Shown here: one piece after another, positions 19,853 through 30,276 of the stretch
Layout: every line of letters starts with the position of its first letter
Position numbering within the stretch: position 1 is the first letter of the stretch
Assembly (NCBI GenBank): GCA_041658605.1
Contig: JBAZZU010000011.1
Span: 3,300-67,299, forward strand
Direction: 5' to 3'
Length of the DNA stretch: 64,000 nucleotides
Source of the DNA: Thermoleophilia bacterium
GTDB taxonomy: Bacteria; Actinomycetota; Thermoleophilia; BMS3ABIN01
Notes under the pieces: model-generated
What the model was told of the DNA's origin: nothing
What the model saw: only the letters and a program-made list of their open reading frames with translations
Database searches by the model: none
Program-made: the position numbers and the translations under genes

Positions 19853-20407
19853 TTGTTCCAGGATTCAGATATCCAGAGCCTGATTGGCAAGACGTATCTG
19901 GACGAATACGCGATAGCGGAGCGAGTAAAGCAGCTGGCGCGCCAGATTTCCGATGACTACAGCGGCCGCGAGCTGCTCTTATTATCGATTCTCAAGGGTG
20001 GGATATTCTTTCTGGCGGATCTTGCCCGCGAGATATCGATGTCTGTCACTATCGATTTCATAGCTATCTCCAGCTATCGCCGCGACAAGCGTGAAGACGG
20101 TGAAGAGATACGCAGGGTCAGGTTTCTCAAGGATCTGGACCAGGACATCGAAGGGCTGGATGTCCTTATAGTCGAGGACGTCATAGACACCGGCCTTACT
20201 CTTAACTACATACTCCAGAACCTCTGGCTTCGAAAGCCGGCCTCACTTGAGATTGCCACACTGCTGGACAGGCCTTACAGGCGCCTGGTCGATCTCGAGG
20301 TCAAATACCAGGGATTCCAGGTACCGGACGAGTTTTTCGTGGGATACGGTTTTGACTACAAACAGAAGCTCCGCAATCTTCCCCGTATAACCAGGCTGCA
20401 TATTTAA
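19853..20407 (+). CDS. hpt: Hypoxanthine phosphoribosyltransferase
   Basis: ILKGG, ISSY, VEDVIDTGLTL PRPP loop, VGYGFDY. Confidence 0.88.
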   Translation: MFQDSDIQSLIGKTYLDEYAIAERVKQLARQISDDYSGRELLLLSILKGGIFFLADLAREISMSVTIDFIAISSYRRDKREDGEEIRRVRFLKDLDQDIEGLDVLIVEDVIDTGLTLNYILQNLWLRKPASLEIATLLDRPYRRLVDLEVKYQGFQVPDEFFVGYGFDYKQKLRNLPRITRLHI

Positions 20408-20472
20408 TCGCGAAGCTACTTTCCACAGGTGCTGGAGACGTGTTTTCTGTGAAGAATGTGGTGAAGCCAGCG

Positions 20473-21081
20473 CTACGGATTGACAGGTGTTGTCCGGGTG
20501 GTTGTGCCTGTTACAGTCTTTGAGGTATCAGCCTCGGCGGGTAATATCGAAGCCACTTTCTGCTCGAAGGTCTTTTCCATCAACGGGCCGATGAAGAAAT
20601 CCTTGATATTTCCCTCTGCATCGATGAAAAAAGTTGTAGGAATTCCAGAGAAGGAAACCTTGCCGGCTTTTTGATATGAATAAACGATATCTCCGTTTGG
20701 ATCCATGCCAATGGGAAACTCAAGGCCGTGTTTTTCAGCAAATGCCCTCTGGCTGTCTGTATCGTCTTTTACCGCAAGCCCGAAAAAGACAACCTTGTCT
20801 TTATATTTCTCATACATTTTCGCGAGAACGGGGGCTTCCTGCTCGCACGGTCCGCACCAGGAAGCGGCGAAGTTCAATACAACGGGTTTGCCTTTGAGGT
20901 TTGCATTATAGGAGACCCTGTCTCCGGAAAGAGTCGTCACCGTGAAGTCCGGCGCGTATTTGGCGGGCGCCGCGTTGCCTGAAGTGGAGCTACCGGAGTT
21001 ATTGCCGCCGCAGCCAGCGATCAATACCGCGATGAGAGTAATCGCCGCCGCAGATAGCAGGATTTTCTTGTTCATAAACAT
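20473..21081 (-). CDS. TlpA/ResA-family thioredoxin-like lipoprotein
   Basis: Lipobox [24 protein letters not shown]. Confidence 0.9.
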   Translation of the reverse strand: MFMNKKILLSAAAITLIAVLIAGCGGNNSGSSTSGNAAPAKYAPDFTVTTLSGDRVSYNANLKGKPVVLNFAASWCGPCEQEAPVLAKMYEKYKDKVVFFGLAVKDDTDSQRAFAEKHGLEFPIGMDPNGDIVYSYQKAGKVSFSGIPTTFFIDAEGNIKDFFIGPLMEKTFEQKVASILPAEADTSKTVTGTTTRTTPVNP

Positions 21082-21113
21082 GATGAGATCAAAAGGCTTT
21101 TATAAAGAAACTT

Positions 21114-21131
21114 GCCCGGCGCCTGCCGGAC
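21114..21131 (-). promoter_or_regulatory. Candidate bacterial SECIS hairpin
   Basis: GTCCGGC-AGGC-GCCGGGC starting 11 nt after the UGA; apical loop 18 nt from UGA with G in loop position 2. Confidence 0.65.
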
Positions 21132-21133
21132 CA

Positions 21134-21355
21134 TTAGATTCCTCAGCTTCCGCCGAAGCCTACCGAAACATCGCCATCCCGCACGATAACCGGTACTGCC
21201 GCGACACCAGCCTTACTTACCGCCTCTTCCTTTATCGCAGGATCAGAAGTAACATCCCGTTCTTCGAATGCTACTCCCTTCTGGTTGAGATCATCTTTGG
21301 CCGCCGCGCAGTACGGGCAACCGGGTTTTGTGTAAATAACCACATCTTCCGTCAT
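21134..21355 (-). CDS. Glutaredoxin-like Uxx-star (seleno)protein ending GFGGS-U-G-I-stop
   Basis: CPYC active site; in-frame TGA (21143-45) followed by GGA ATC TAA; GAAGGAGG RBS. Confidence 0.78.
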
Positions 21356-21536
21356 GGAAATACCTCCTTCAGGTCAATGAAAATATTCTAGCACAGTACC
21401 AGCGGCAGGTTGCTTTTTATGCAGCCCTTATAAATAATGAAATACCGTCTGGCTTGCATCAGCTGGTGGGTTGATATGTACCTCCTGGCAGTCACCTTGG
21501 AAATATTCAACCAAACCACGAAATCTTGGAGGATAA

Positions 21537-22295
21537 ATGAGCGACAGGACGCCGATCATCGCTGGCAACTGGAAGATGTACAAAACAAGCTCTGAAGCTC
21601 AAGCGTATGTCTCGGAATTCCTGGCGCTGGTGGATGGGGTGTCTGATGTTGAGATCGTTATCTGTCCGCCCTTCACATCGCTTGCCGATGTCGTCCGCAT
21701 GACACAGGGCAGCAACGTCCTGGTATCGGCCCAGAATATGCATTACGAAGACGAAGGCGCATTCACTGGGGAGATATCGGCATCGATGCTCACTGACTTG
21801 GGAATCACGGATGTAGTGCTCGGGCATTCGGAGCGGCGTGAATACTTTTGTGAAAATGACGCGGACCTGGCAAAAAAGATAACAAAGGCGCTGAGCGCCA
21901 ACCTGAGGCCGATATTGTGCGTCGGGGAAAGTGACGAGGATCGGGAAGCCGGCAGGACAGAAGAGAAGCTTAAGGGACAGCTGGTCAAAGGACTTGCCGA
22001 CGTCAGCGCAGACCAGCTTGCGGGAATGGTGGTTGCATACGAGCCCATCTGGGCCATCGGAACAGGAAAGACCGCGACTCCCCAGATAGCTCAGGATACG
22101 ATCCACTTCATCCGGGAGACCCTGGCGGCCGAATTTGACGCCGAGGCAGCCGCTCAGGTCAGGATTCTCTATGGCGGAAGTGTCAAGCCGGATAATATCG
22201 CTGAACTCATGAGCGAGGATGATATCGATGGCGCTCTTGTCGGAGGGGCCAGCCTCAAAGCATCAGATTTTGCGCAGCTAGTCAATTATAAGTAA
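21537..22295 (+). CDS. tpiA: Triosephosphate isomerase
   Basis: AGNWKM, GHSERR, YEPIWAIGTG, YGGSV, LVGGASL. Confidence 0.98.
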   Translation: MSDRTPIIAGNWKMYKTSSEAQAYVSEFLALVDGVSDVEIVICPPFTSLADVVRMTQGSNVLVSAQNMHYEDEGAFTGEISASMLTDLGITDVVLGHSERREYFCENDADLAKKITKALSANLRPILCVGESDEDREAGRTEEKLKGQLVKGLADVSADQLAGMVVAYEPIWAIGTGKTATPQIAQDTIHFIRETLAAEFDAEAAAQVRILYGGSVKPDNIAELMSEDDIDGALVGGASLKASDFAQLVNYK

Positions 22296-22302
22296 GGCGA
22301 TA

Positions 22303-23838
22303 ATGCCATCCGAAGAACCGACCTTTGTTTGCCTGCTTGTGCTTGACGGCTGGGGTATAGCCCCGCCCGGCCCGGCAAACGCGGTCACGCTTGCAGACAC
22401 ACCCAACCTCGACCGCCTGGCGGCGGATTATCCCCGAACAACCCTTAAAGCCTCCGGAGAGGCGGTCGGACTACCTCCGGGGCAGATGGGCAACTCTGAG
22501 GTCGGGCACCTCAATCTGGGGGCGGGCCGTGTCGTCTACCAGGATCTGACGAGGATCAACCTTGCCATCAAGGACGGATCTTTTTTCCGTAACACTGAGT
22601 TGCTTAAAGCTTTCGAGGTCGCCCGGGAAAAAGGCGGCTCCGTACACCTTCTGGGCCTTCTGTCAGACGGCGGAGTTCACAGTGATATAGCTCATATTGA
22701 AGCGCTCTTAGAAATGGCAAGGCAGCATAAGCAGCAGAGCCTGTACCTGCACCTTTTTCTTGACGGGCGCGATGTCTCTCCAAAAAGTGGTCTTGCATAT
22801 GTAGCGGAAGTGGAGAAATTTCTCGCAAAGGCCGGCCTTGGTGAGATCGCAACCATATCCGGAAGGTTTTATGCAATGGATCGCGACAATCGCTGGGAGC
22901 GCATAAAACTCGCGTACGACGCAATGGCGCACGGCGCCGGCCCGCATAACAGCAATCCCATCAATGCCGTTGATGAGTCCTACAGGATTGATATCACTGA
23001 TGAGTTTGTCATTCCCACGGTCATAAGCGATAAGTCTGAAGCAAGGTTGCGCGACGAGGACAGCGTTATCTTCTTTAACTTCAGGCCTGATCGGGCGCGT
23101 GAGCTTACCAGGTCACTGTTAAGCCCTGATTTCTCCGATTTTGATCGGGGAGAGGATCCTCCACATCCATACTTGGTCACAATGACCGAATACGACATAA
23201 TGTTTGATGCGCCCATGGCGTTTCCGCCTGAGACGCTGAATAATGTCCTCGCGGCCGTCCTTTCCAGGGAAAACAAAACCCAGCTTCACATAGCCGAGAC
23301 AGAAAAGTATGCCCATGTGACATTTTTTTTCAACGGCGGCGTGGAGCAGGCTTTCCCCGGCGAGACGAGAAAGCTGATTCCTTCACCGACTGAAGTTCCC
23401 ACCTACGACAAGAAACCTGAAATGAGCGCAAGGAAGGTAACGGATGAGCTCCTGGATCTTCTGGATCACCAGCATTTTGACTTCGTTGTAGTAAATCTTG
23501 CCAATTGTGACATGGTAGGTCATACGGGAATAATCAAAGCCGCCGTCGAGGCCGTAGAGGTTGTAGACGAGTGCGTGGGAAGTATAGTCGCCAAAGTTCA
23601 GAATAGGGGCGGCATATGTCTGATCACATCAGATCACGGCAATGCCGAGCGCATGCTGGATTCCAGCAATGGACCCGATACCGCGCATACATCAGAACTG
23701 GTTCCTCTTATCGTAACGGCTCCTGTCCGGCTGGCGTCGGGACGTGCCCTTGGTGATGTCGCGCCCACCGTATTAGATTTCCTCAATATCCCGGTTCCTG
23801 ATGACATGACCGGCCACTCCATAATTACGGGTCTATAG
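22303..23838 (+). CDS. gpmI: 2,3-bisphosphoglycerate-independent phosphoglycerate mutase
   Basis: LDGWG, GNSEVGH, GRFYAMDRD, AETEKYAHVT, DMVGHTG, SDHGNAE. Confidence 0.96.
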   Translation: MPSEEPTFVCLLVLDGWGIAPPGPANAVTLADTPNLDRLAADYPRTTLKASGEAVGLPPGQMGNSEVGHLNLGAGRVVYQDLTRINLAIKDGSFFRNTELLKAFEVAREKGGSVHLLGLLSDGGVHSDIAHIEALLEMARQHKQQSLYLHLFLDGRDVSPKSGLAYVAEVEKFLAKAGLGEIATISGRFYAMDRDNRWERIKLAYDAMAHGAGPHNSNPINAVDESYRIDITDEFVIPTVISDKSEARLRDEDSVIFFNFRPDRARELTRSLLSPDFSDFDRGEDPPHPYLVTMTEYDIMFDAPMAFPPETLNNVLAAVLSRENKTQLHIAETEKYAHVTFFFNGGVEQAFPGETRKLIPSPTEVPTYDKKPEMSARKVTDELLDLLDHQHFDFVVVNLANCDMVGHTGIIKAAVEAVEVVDECVGSIVAKVQNRGGICLITSDHGNAERMLDSSNGPDTAHTSELVPLIVTAPVRLASGRALGDVAPTVLDFLNIPVPDDMTGHSIITGL

Positions 23839-23934
23839 CCTTCGATCGTTTATGGCGGCTTGCGATGGGACCGCTGGACCGCTATCATCTTGAATGGTCA
23901 TCAACAATTTCCAATGAGGTAGAATCCTGTAATC

Positions 23935-24162
23935 ATGATAGTTGTAACTCTCGGCATACATTCAATACTGGCAGTCCTTCTCGTAGTGCTGATTCTTCTG
24001 CACTCGGGCAAAGGTGGGGTATCCGGTATCTTCGGTGGCGGCATGAGCGAGACATTCAGCGGCACGAGCGTGATTGAAAAGAACCTCACTCGCGTGACCA
24101 TCGCAGTAGCAACCCTCTTTTTTATCACCACGGGGATTCTGGTTTTTGTTCTAAAAGCCTGA
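23935..24162 (+). CDS. secG: Preprotein translocase subunit SecG
   Basis: Two TM helices, LLHSGKGG, EKNLTRVT; follows tpi-gpm as usual. Confidence 0.93.
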   Translation: MIVVTLGIHSILAVLLVVLILLHSGKGGVSGIFGGGMSETFSGTSVIEKNLTRVTIAVATLFFITTGILVFVLKA

Positions 24163-24416
24163 CTATCTGGCAGGTCCAGGCAGGTCTTTCACAAACAGTT
24201 TCTTCTTAACACGTACGTCCTTCTGCTGAAATTCAGCATTAACCAGATTCTCCTGTCCGATAGCCCCACGCTTATCATTTCATCCCAAAATCCACAAAGA
24301 GCGCATATAATGGCGCCTAGAGCAGCTGTTCAAGGCAAGGCTTATCACTACCGATGACGGAGCGAAGAACGAGTCGGGGCCTTGCTTTCATCGTCCCCGA
24401 AATCAACGGAGGCCAA

Positions 24417-25268
24417 GTGAAAATAACAGGCACAACAAAGTTGCTGGGCATTCTGGGTGACCCTGTATCCCACAGCCTGTCTCCACTGATGCATAATCGT
24501 GCGTGTGAGGAGTTGGGTCTGGATATCTGTTATGTGCCATTGAACGTCAAGGCAGATCAGCTTGCTATGGCCATCGACGGCCTCAGGGCGATGCGGTTTC
24601 TGGGCGCCAATATAACAATTCCACACAAGGTATCGGCGCTGGCCCTAATGGACAGACTGGCGGATAGCGCTAGAAACGTCGGAGCGGTAAATACAGTAGT
24701 TAACAAGAACGGATTGCTCACAGGCCATAACACCGATGGCGCCGGCTTCATCCGGTCTCTGGAGGATGCGACATCGATCGATTATGCTGCTACATCCGTT
24801 GTCCTGCTGGGAGCCGGCGGTGCTGCCAGGTCGATAGCCTTTGCGTTGGCAGAAAAAAAAGTATCCAGAATTGTGATCATCAACCGTACGCAGGAGCGCG
24901 CTGTTGAACTCAAAAGGTTGCTCGAACATGATTTTTCGTCATTGGAGATAGTTGTAAAGGGGACAGATGATGAATACGGAGATGATATTTCTGCTGGAAA
25001 ACTAGTGATAAACGCGACTTCAACGGGTCTGGAGGCCGACCTAAAGAGTGCACCGGTGTGGGTCGATAGATTAACGAAAGATCACGTTGTCTGCGACATA
25101 ATTTATAGGGCACAGGAAAAAAATCCACTCCTGGTCGCAGCGCGAGCCAAAGGGGCAACTACATTGGGCGGACTCGGCATGCTTCTTCATCAAGGAGTTA
25201 TTGCGTTCCATTTATGGACCGGAATAGAGCCGCCAGTCGATGTTATGAGGAATTCGATTGAATCCTAG
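24417..25268 (+). CDS. aroE: Shikimate dehydrogenase
   Basis: HSLSP, NITIPHK, GAVNT, NTDG, GAGGAA, ML.HQG; start placed at GTG after GGAGG. Confidence 0.95.
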   Translation: MKITGTTKLLGILGDPVSHSLSPLMHNRACEELGLDICYVPLNVKADQLAMAIDGLRAMRFLGANITIPHKVSALALMDRLADSARNVGAVNTVVNKNGLLTGHNTDGAGFIRSLEDATSIDYAATSVVLLGAGGAARSIAFALAEKKVSRIVIINRTQERAVELKRLLEHDFSSLEIVVKGTDDEYGDDISAGKLVINATSTGLEADLKSAPVWVDRLTKDHVVCDIIYRAQEKNPLLVAARAKGATTLGGLGMLLHQGVIAFHLWTGIEPPVDVMRNSIES

Positions 25269-26973
25269 CGAACTTACATCCCGTACACCCCGCAAGAAAT
25301 TACAGCCTATCGGCGAGATACTCGTCGCCAAGGAACTAATTTCTCGCGAACAGCTTGACGAAGTCCTGGAAAAGCAGAAGGACTCGCCGAAGCGACTCGG
25401 TGAGATCCTCGTCGATGACGGCATCCTGACGCAGGAGCAGCTGAATATCGCCCTGGCGGAAAGACTTGGTGTCGAGAGCCTTGGTCTGGATGAATACAAC
25501 ATCGATTCTCTGGCCGCGACAATGATACCGGAGAAGCTGGCCAGGCGTTATGGCGCCATACCGGTAAAGTTCGTGGATGAAAATACCCTGCTGGTTGCGA
25601 TGGTCGATCCCACAAACGTGTTTGCAATCGATGACCTGCGCATGATGACCGGCTATGACATCAAGCCGGCAATCGCATCGACGGAAGATGTTTTCAATCA
25701 GATTTCAAAAATTCATCGGATGGGCGATTCTGCCAGTAGCCAGGTCGAAGAAGATGATGAGGACTTGCTTGGCGAAACCTCAGTAGACGCTGATATACGC
25801 GAGGTGGCCTCTGAAGCTCCGATCGTCAAACTGGTCAATGGCGTCATCAGCCAGGGCGTGGACGATGGGGCGAGTGACCTTCATTTCGAGCCTCAGGAGA
25901 AAGAACTGGCAATCCGTTTCAGGATTGACGGCGTGCTCCATGCTGTTATGTCGGTGCCAAAGCGCATGCAGTCGGCGGTGCTTTCGCGCCTCAAGGTCAT
26001 GGCTGATATCGACATAGCCGAGAGGCGCATACCCCAGGATGGCCGCATAGGATTAATAGTTGGAGGCAAGCCCATCGATATACGTGTTGCCTCTATGCCA
26101 ACGGTTTATGGTGAGAAGATAGTTCTGCGAATTCTTGACAAGAGCAGTGTCATGCTCAATCTCTCCGATCTTGGTTTCGCCGAGAAGGCGTTGAAGCGTT
26201 ACGAACGATCGTACACGAAACCTTATGGAGCCATGCTGGTCACGGGCCCGACCGGTAGCGGCAAATCCACGACTCTTTATGCGACCCTGAACGTTCTCAA
26301 TTGCAAGGAGAAGAACATCATCACTGTTGAGGACCCTGTTGAATACAGGCTTGCGGGCATCAACCAGACACAGATCAATCCCAAGGCAGGCCTGACGTTT
26401 GCTTCCGGGCTCAGGGCGATCCTGCGCTCAGATCCGGATATCGTGATGGTTGGTGAGATCCGTGACAAAGAAACCGCACAGATAGCTATCGAGTCAGCGT
26501 TAACCGGGCATCTTGTATTGAGCACTTTGCACACAAATGACGCGCCGGGTGCTTTGACGCGTCTTACTGAGATGGGGATCGAGCCATTCCTGTCAGCATC
26601 AGCCATCGAGTGTGTTTTAGCGCAGAGACTGGCAAGGCGCCTCTGCTCAAACTGCAAGGAACCATATCATCCTACGGATGAAGCCCTGGCTCAGAACGGT
26701 TTCCCCCAGGAAGTCATAGGCAAAGACATCACACTGTATCGTTCCGCTGGTTGTCCCCGCTGTAACAACACGGGATATAAGGGAAGATTTGGAATTTATG
26801 AAGTCATGCTTGTGAGCGAAGCTATCGAGCGGTTAACGGTGGAGAGAAAAAGTGCCGATGAGATTTCGAGAGTAGCTCAGGCTGAAGGAATGGTTACTCT
26901 GCGTGAAGATGGCATAGATAAAGTCATTCAGGGCATAACATCGATAGAAGAGATAGCCAGGGTCATCATTTGA
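25258..26973 (+). CDS. pilB: Type IV pilus assembly ATPase PilB with N-terminal MshEN-like domain
   Basis: IGEILVAKELIS..LGEILVDDGIL repeats, ASDLH, PQDG, GPTGSGKST, EDPVEY, GEIRD, two CxxC zinc motifs. Confidence 0.95.
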   Translation: MNPSELTSRTPRKKLQPIGEILVAKELISREQLDEVLEKQKDSPKRLGEILVDDGILTQEQLNIALAERLGVESLGLDEYNIDSLAATMIPEKLARRYGAIPVKFVDENTLLVAMVDPTNVFAIDDLRMMTGYDIKPAIASTEDVFNQISKIHRMGDSASSQVEEDDEDLLGETSVDADIREVASEAPIVKLVNGVISQGVDDGASDLHFEPQEKELAIRFRIDGVLHAVMSVPKRMQSAVLSRLKVMADIDIAERRIPQDGRIGLIVGGKPIDIRVASMPTVYGEKIVLRILDKSSVMLNLSDLGFAEKALKRYERSYTKPYGAMLVTGPTGSGKSTTLYATLNVLNCKEKNIITVEDPVEYRLAGINQTQINPKAGLTFASGLRAILRSDPDIVMVGEIRDKETAQIAIESALTGHLVLSTLHTNDAPGALTRLTEMGIEPFLSASAIECVLAQRLARRLCSNCKEPYHPTDEALAQNGFPQEVIGKDITLYRSAGCPRCNNTGYKGRFGIYEVMLVSEAIERLTVERKSADEISRVAQAEGMVTLREDGIDKVIQGITSIEEIARVII

Positions 26974-27006
26974 TCCTTTAGGGCAATAGAAAGAGGGGGA
27001 AGCAGA

Positions 27007-28074
27007 ATGGACCTTGTCGATATACTTGTCGAAGTCCTCGAACGAAACGCCTCGGATCTTCATCTGGCGGTAGGTTCTCCGCCAGTAATCAGGATTTCAG
27101 GGAAACTTATCAGGCTGGATTATCCCCGCCTTACCAGCAATGACACCAGAGACCTGATTTACAGCATTCTCTCTCAGGATCAGCGGCAGAGGATAGAGAA
27201 TGAGTGGGAGATCGATTTTTCATATTCTGTTCCAGGCAGGGCGCGTTTTCGTGTTAATGCCTATTTTCAGCGGAACAGTCTAGGGGCCGCCTTCAGATTG
27301 ATACCGGCTCAGATAAAGAGTGTCAAAGAGCTAATGCTGCCCGAAGTAATCCACAAGATGGCTAACAAGCCAAGAGGTTTTGTTATTGTCACGGGTCCTA
27401 CGGGCAGCGGTAAGTCAACGACGCTTGCGGCGCTGATCCAGGAAATAAATGAAACCCGCGAAGAGCACATCATGACGATTGAAGATCCCATCGAGTTTCT
27501 GCATCGCCATATAAAGTCGGTAGTAAACCAGCGTGAAGTTGGAACAGATACAAAATCATTCAATCGGGCATTGAAATCAGTTTTACGCCAGGATCCGGAT
27601 GTGATTCTGGTTGGTGAGATGAGAGACACCGAGACCATGCAAACTGCCTTGACGGCGGCTGAGACTGGTCACCTGGTGTTTGCCACCCTGCACACGCAGG
27701 ATGCTCCCCAGACCATCGACCGCATCATCGACGTCTTTCCGCCCCACCAGCAAAGCCAGATCCGGGTACAGCTGGCATCTACGCTGATGGGAGTCTGTAC
27801 GCAGCAGCTTTTACCCACGATTGATGGTACCTCACGCGTGCCTGCCTGCGAGGTTCTTATACCGACGCCGGCTGTAAGGAATCTTATTAGAGAGGCCAAG
27901 ACGCATCAGATCTATTCGGTGATGCAGACTGGAGCCCAATTCGGGATGCAGACCATGGACAGTTCTCTCGCGGAACTGTTCAGGAGAAACAAGATCACCA
28001 AGGAAATGGCGATTCGCAGATCGAGTAATCCAGAAGAGCTGGAACGTCTGATGATGGGAAGACAGGTAGCATAA
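27007..28074 (+). CDS. pilT: Type IV pilus retraction ATPase PilT
   Basis: ASDLHL, GPTGSGKSTT, EDPIEF, DPDVILVGEMRD, TLHT, AVRNLIRE. Confidence 0.96.
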   Translation: MDLVDILVEVLERNASDLHLAVGSPPVIRISGKLIRLDYPRLTSNDTRDLIYSILSQDQRQRIENEWEIDFSYSVPGRARFRVNAYFQRNSLGAAFRLIPAQIKSVKELMLPEVIHKMANKPRGFVIVTGPTGSGKSTTLAALIQEINETREEHIMTIEDPIEFLHRHIKSVVNQREVGTDTKSFNRALKSVLRQDPDVILVGEMRDTETMQTALTAAETGHLVFATLHTQDAPQTIDRIIDVFPPHQQSQIRVQLASTLMGVCTQQLLPTIDGTSRVPACEVLIPTPAVRNLIREAKTHQIYSVMQTGAQFGMQTMDSSLAELFRRNKITKEMAIRRSSNPEELERLMMGRQVA

Positions 28075-28113
28075 GGCCCCAATCAGGGAAGGGAAGAAGG
28101 CAGGTGTGGATCT

Positions 28114-29331
28114 ATGAATACTTTTGTATATAAAGTTCGCGATATTCGCGGTATAGCCAGCAAGGGAGAGCTTGAGGCAGACAGCAGGGCTGCGGTTGCC
28201 GCAGAGCTTCGCGGCAAGGGTTACACGGTAGTTGATATTAATGAAAAGAGCGCCGGCACCTCTTTCAGTTCGTTATTGAGCAGCTCACAGCGGATCAAGT
28301 CAAAGCATATAACAGTGTTTTCGCGCCAGTTTGCGACGATGATCAACTCCGGCCTCGCGCTTCTCCGCGCCCTGTATATCCTGGAAAACCAGACTCAGAA
28401 CACCAAATTCAAAGCCGTTATATCAGAGGTTCGCAGTGATGTTGAGGGCGGCTCAGCACTTTCGGATTCGATGGAGAAGCACCCGAGAGTATTTAACCGT
28501 CTCTATGTAAGCATGGTGAGGGCGGGAGAGGTGGGCGGTATCCTGGACGAAACGCTCGAAAGAGTTGCAAATCAGCTGGAAGCCGAGGACAGTCTCAAGC
28601 GCATGGTTAAGTCGGCAATGGTTTATCCGCTGCTGATCGCCGTATTTGCCCTGCTTGTGATGATGGCGATGATGCTGTTTATCATTCCGATCTTTTCCAA
28701 GATGTACGCCGACCTTGGAAGCCAGCTGCCGATGCTTACTCGTATTATGGTTAATATCAGTGACACCCTGAAAAGCGTCTGGGGCATCTTTATCTTTGCG
28801 GCTATTGTTGGTGCCATATACGGTTTGGGAAGGCTTAAAAGGACACCTCAGGGAACCGCTGCGTGGGATCGCGCCAAGTTGCATATCCCGATGGGTATTG
28901 GAGAAATCATTCGCAAGCTGGCAATGGCCAGATTCTCCAGAACTCTGAGCACACTTGTATCCAGTGGTGTTCCTATCCTGCAGGCTATTGAAATAACCGG
29001 TGATACGGCAGGCAACGTTGTCGTATCTGACGCGATGGTCTCTGTTAAGGCGGGTGTGAAGGAAGGCCGCCCGATGTCCGAATCCCTCGTAAAAGTCAAC
29101 GTCTTTCCTCCGATGGTCACGCAGATGATCTCTGTTGGAGAAGAAACGGGAGCTGTAGATGTAATGCTCACAAAAATCGCTGATTTCTATGAGGACGAGG
29201 TTAACGCCTCCGTGAAGTCACTGACATCCATACTTGAGCCGATAATGATGATGGGTGTAGGCGGCCTGGTCGGCGTTATTGTAATTGCTCTCTATCTGCC
29301 GATTTTCAACCTCATGTCCGTTGTCAAATAG
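28114..29331 (+). CDS. pilC: Type IV pilus platform protein PilC (GspF family)
   Basis: FSRQFATMINSGL, GEVGG, SAMVYP, VGEETG. Confidence 0.95.
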   Translation: MNTFVYKVRDIRGIASKGELEADSRAAVAAELRGKGYTVVDINEKSAGTSFSSLLSSSQRIKSKHITVFSRQFATMINSGLALLRALYILENQTQNTKFKAVISEVRSDVEGGSALSDSMEKHPRVFNRLYVSMVRAGEVGGILDETLERVANQLEAEDSLKRMVKSAMVYPLLIAVFALLVMMAMMLFIIPIFSKMYADLGSQLPMLTRIMVNISDTLKSVWGIFIFAAIVGAIYGLGRLKRTPQGTAAWDRAKLHIPMGIGEIIRKLAMARFSRTLSTLVSSGVPILQAIEITGDTAGNVVVSDAMVSVKAGVKEGRPMSESLVKVNVFPPMVTQMISVGEETGAVDVMLTKIADFYEDEVNASVKSLTSILEPIMMMGVGGLVGVIVIALYLPIFNLMSVVK

Positions 29332-29401
29332 TCGTGAGGAAGAAAAATAGTCGGCAGGATGTAGCTGACATTACAAATGCGCCGTGAGATTGGCAGATTA
29401 A

Positions 29402-30238
29402 ATGTCTGGCAAAATTGAGATTCAAACCGATGTTTGCGAAGGGAATGGCGTCATAACCGGCGCTGTCCTGGATTTTCCGCGCAATGAAAAGGCAGAGCGG
29501 AAAAACGAGTCGCTTACCGCGGAATATCAGGTCTCCCGAGACCAAGCAGTCCTGGAGAAGATAATTACTCGCAACCAGGGGCTTCTGCACGCTGTTCTGA
29601 GACGCTTCAAATACTTCCCTGATCCATATGAGGATCTTCTGCAGGTTGCAAATCTTGGATTGATCAAGGCTGTGCAAAGATTTGACTGTAATCGTGGTGT
29701 CGGATTCTCCAGTTACGCAACTGCGCTTGTTGACGGCGAGGTTCGCCATTACCTCAGGGACAATGTTCTTATGCGTCAGCCGAGGTGGCTCAGGGCGGCA
29801 GAGAAACGTATCGAAGACGCCTCAATAGAGCTTAATCGTAAACTGAAGCGTCCCCCGACACTTAAGGAGCTTGCACTCGAGGTCAACATTTCCGAAGAGG
29901 GCATTCTGGAGATACTGAGAGTGGTAGCTTCGGTAGGACTCCATCCCGTTGATGATATGGACTCGCATGAGGGTGTTAATGCTCAACCGGACGCAAACGT
30001 GGTTCGTTCACTCCATTATGAGTCCTTTGTGCTGCCTATCGAAGACAAGATTGCGCTACAGGAAGCCCTGGATGCGCTGAGCTCACTTCATAAGAAGATC
30101 GTCTACCTCCTTTTTTACAAGGATCTGACACAAACGCAGGTCGCCAGGGAGCTGGGTCTCTCCCAGCGAAAGGTGTCCCGGGAATCAGCAAAGGCACTCG
30201 GGCGGCTCAAGACTGTCATGAACACGAAGATCTTTTAG
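29402..30238 (+). CDS. SigB/SigF/SigG-family RNA polymerase sigma factor
   Basis: Region 2 EDLLQVANLGLIKAVQRFD..FSSYA..GEVRHYLRD, region 4 TQTQVARELGLSQRKVSR. Confidence 0.9.
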   Translation: MSGKIEIQTDVCEGNGVITGAVLDFPRNEKAERKNESLTAEYQVSRDQAVLEKIITRNQGLLHAVLRRFKYFPDPYEDLLQVANLGLIKAVQRFDCNRGVGFSSYATALVDGEVRHYLRDNVLMRQPRWLRAAEKRIEDASIELNRKLKRPPTLKELALEVNISEEGILEILRVVASVGLHPVDDMDSHEGVNAQPDANVVRSLHYESFVLPIEDKIALQEALDALSSLHKKIVYLLFYKDLTQTQVARELGLSQRKVSRESAKALGRLKTVMNTKIF

Positions 30239-30250
30239 AAAATGCTAAAG

Positions 30251-30276
30251 CTTTATTCGGCAGACGCCGAATAAAG
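30251..30276 (+). terminator. Hairpin after the sigma gene
   Basis: CTTTATTCGGC-AGAC-GCCGAATAAAG; no U tract. Confidence 0.45.
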
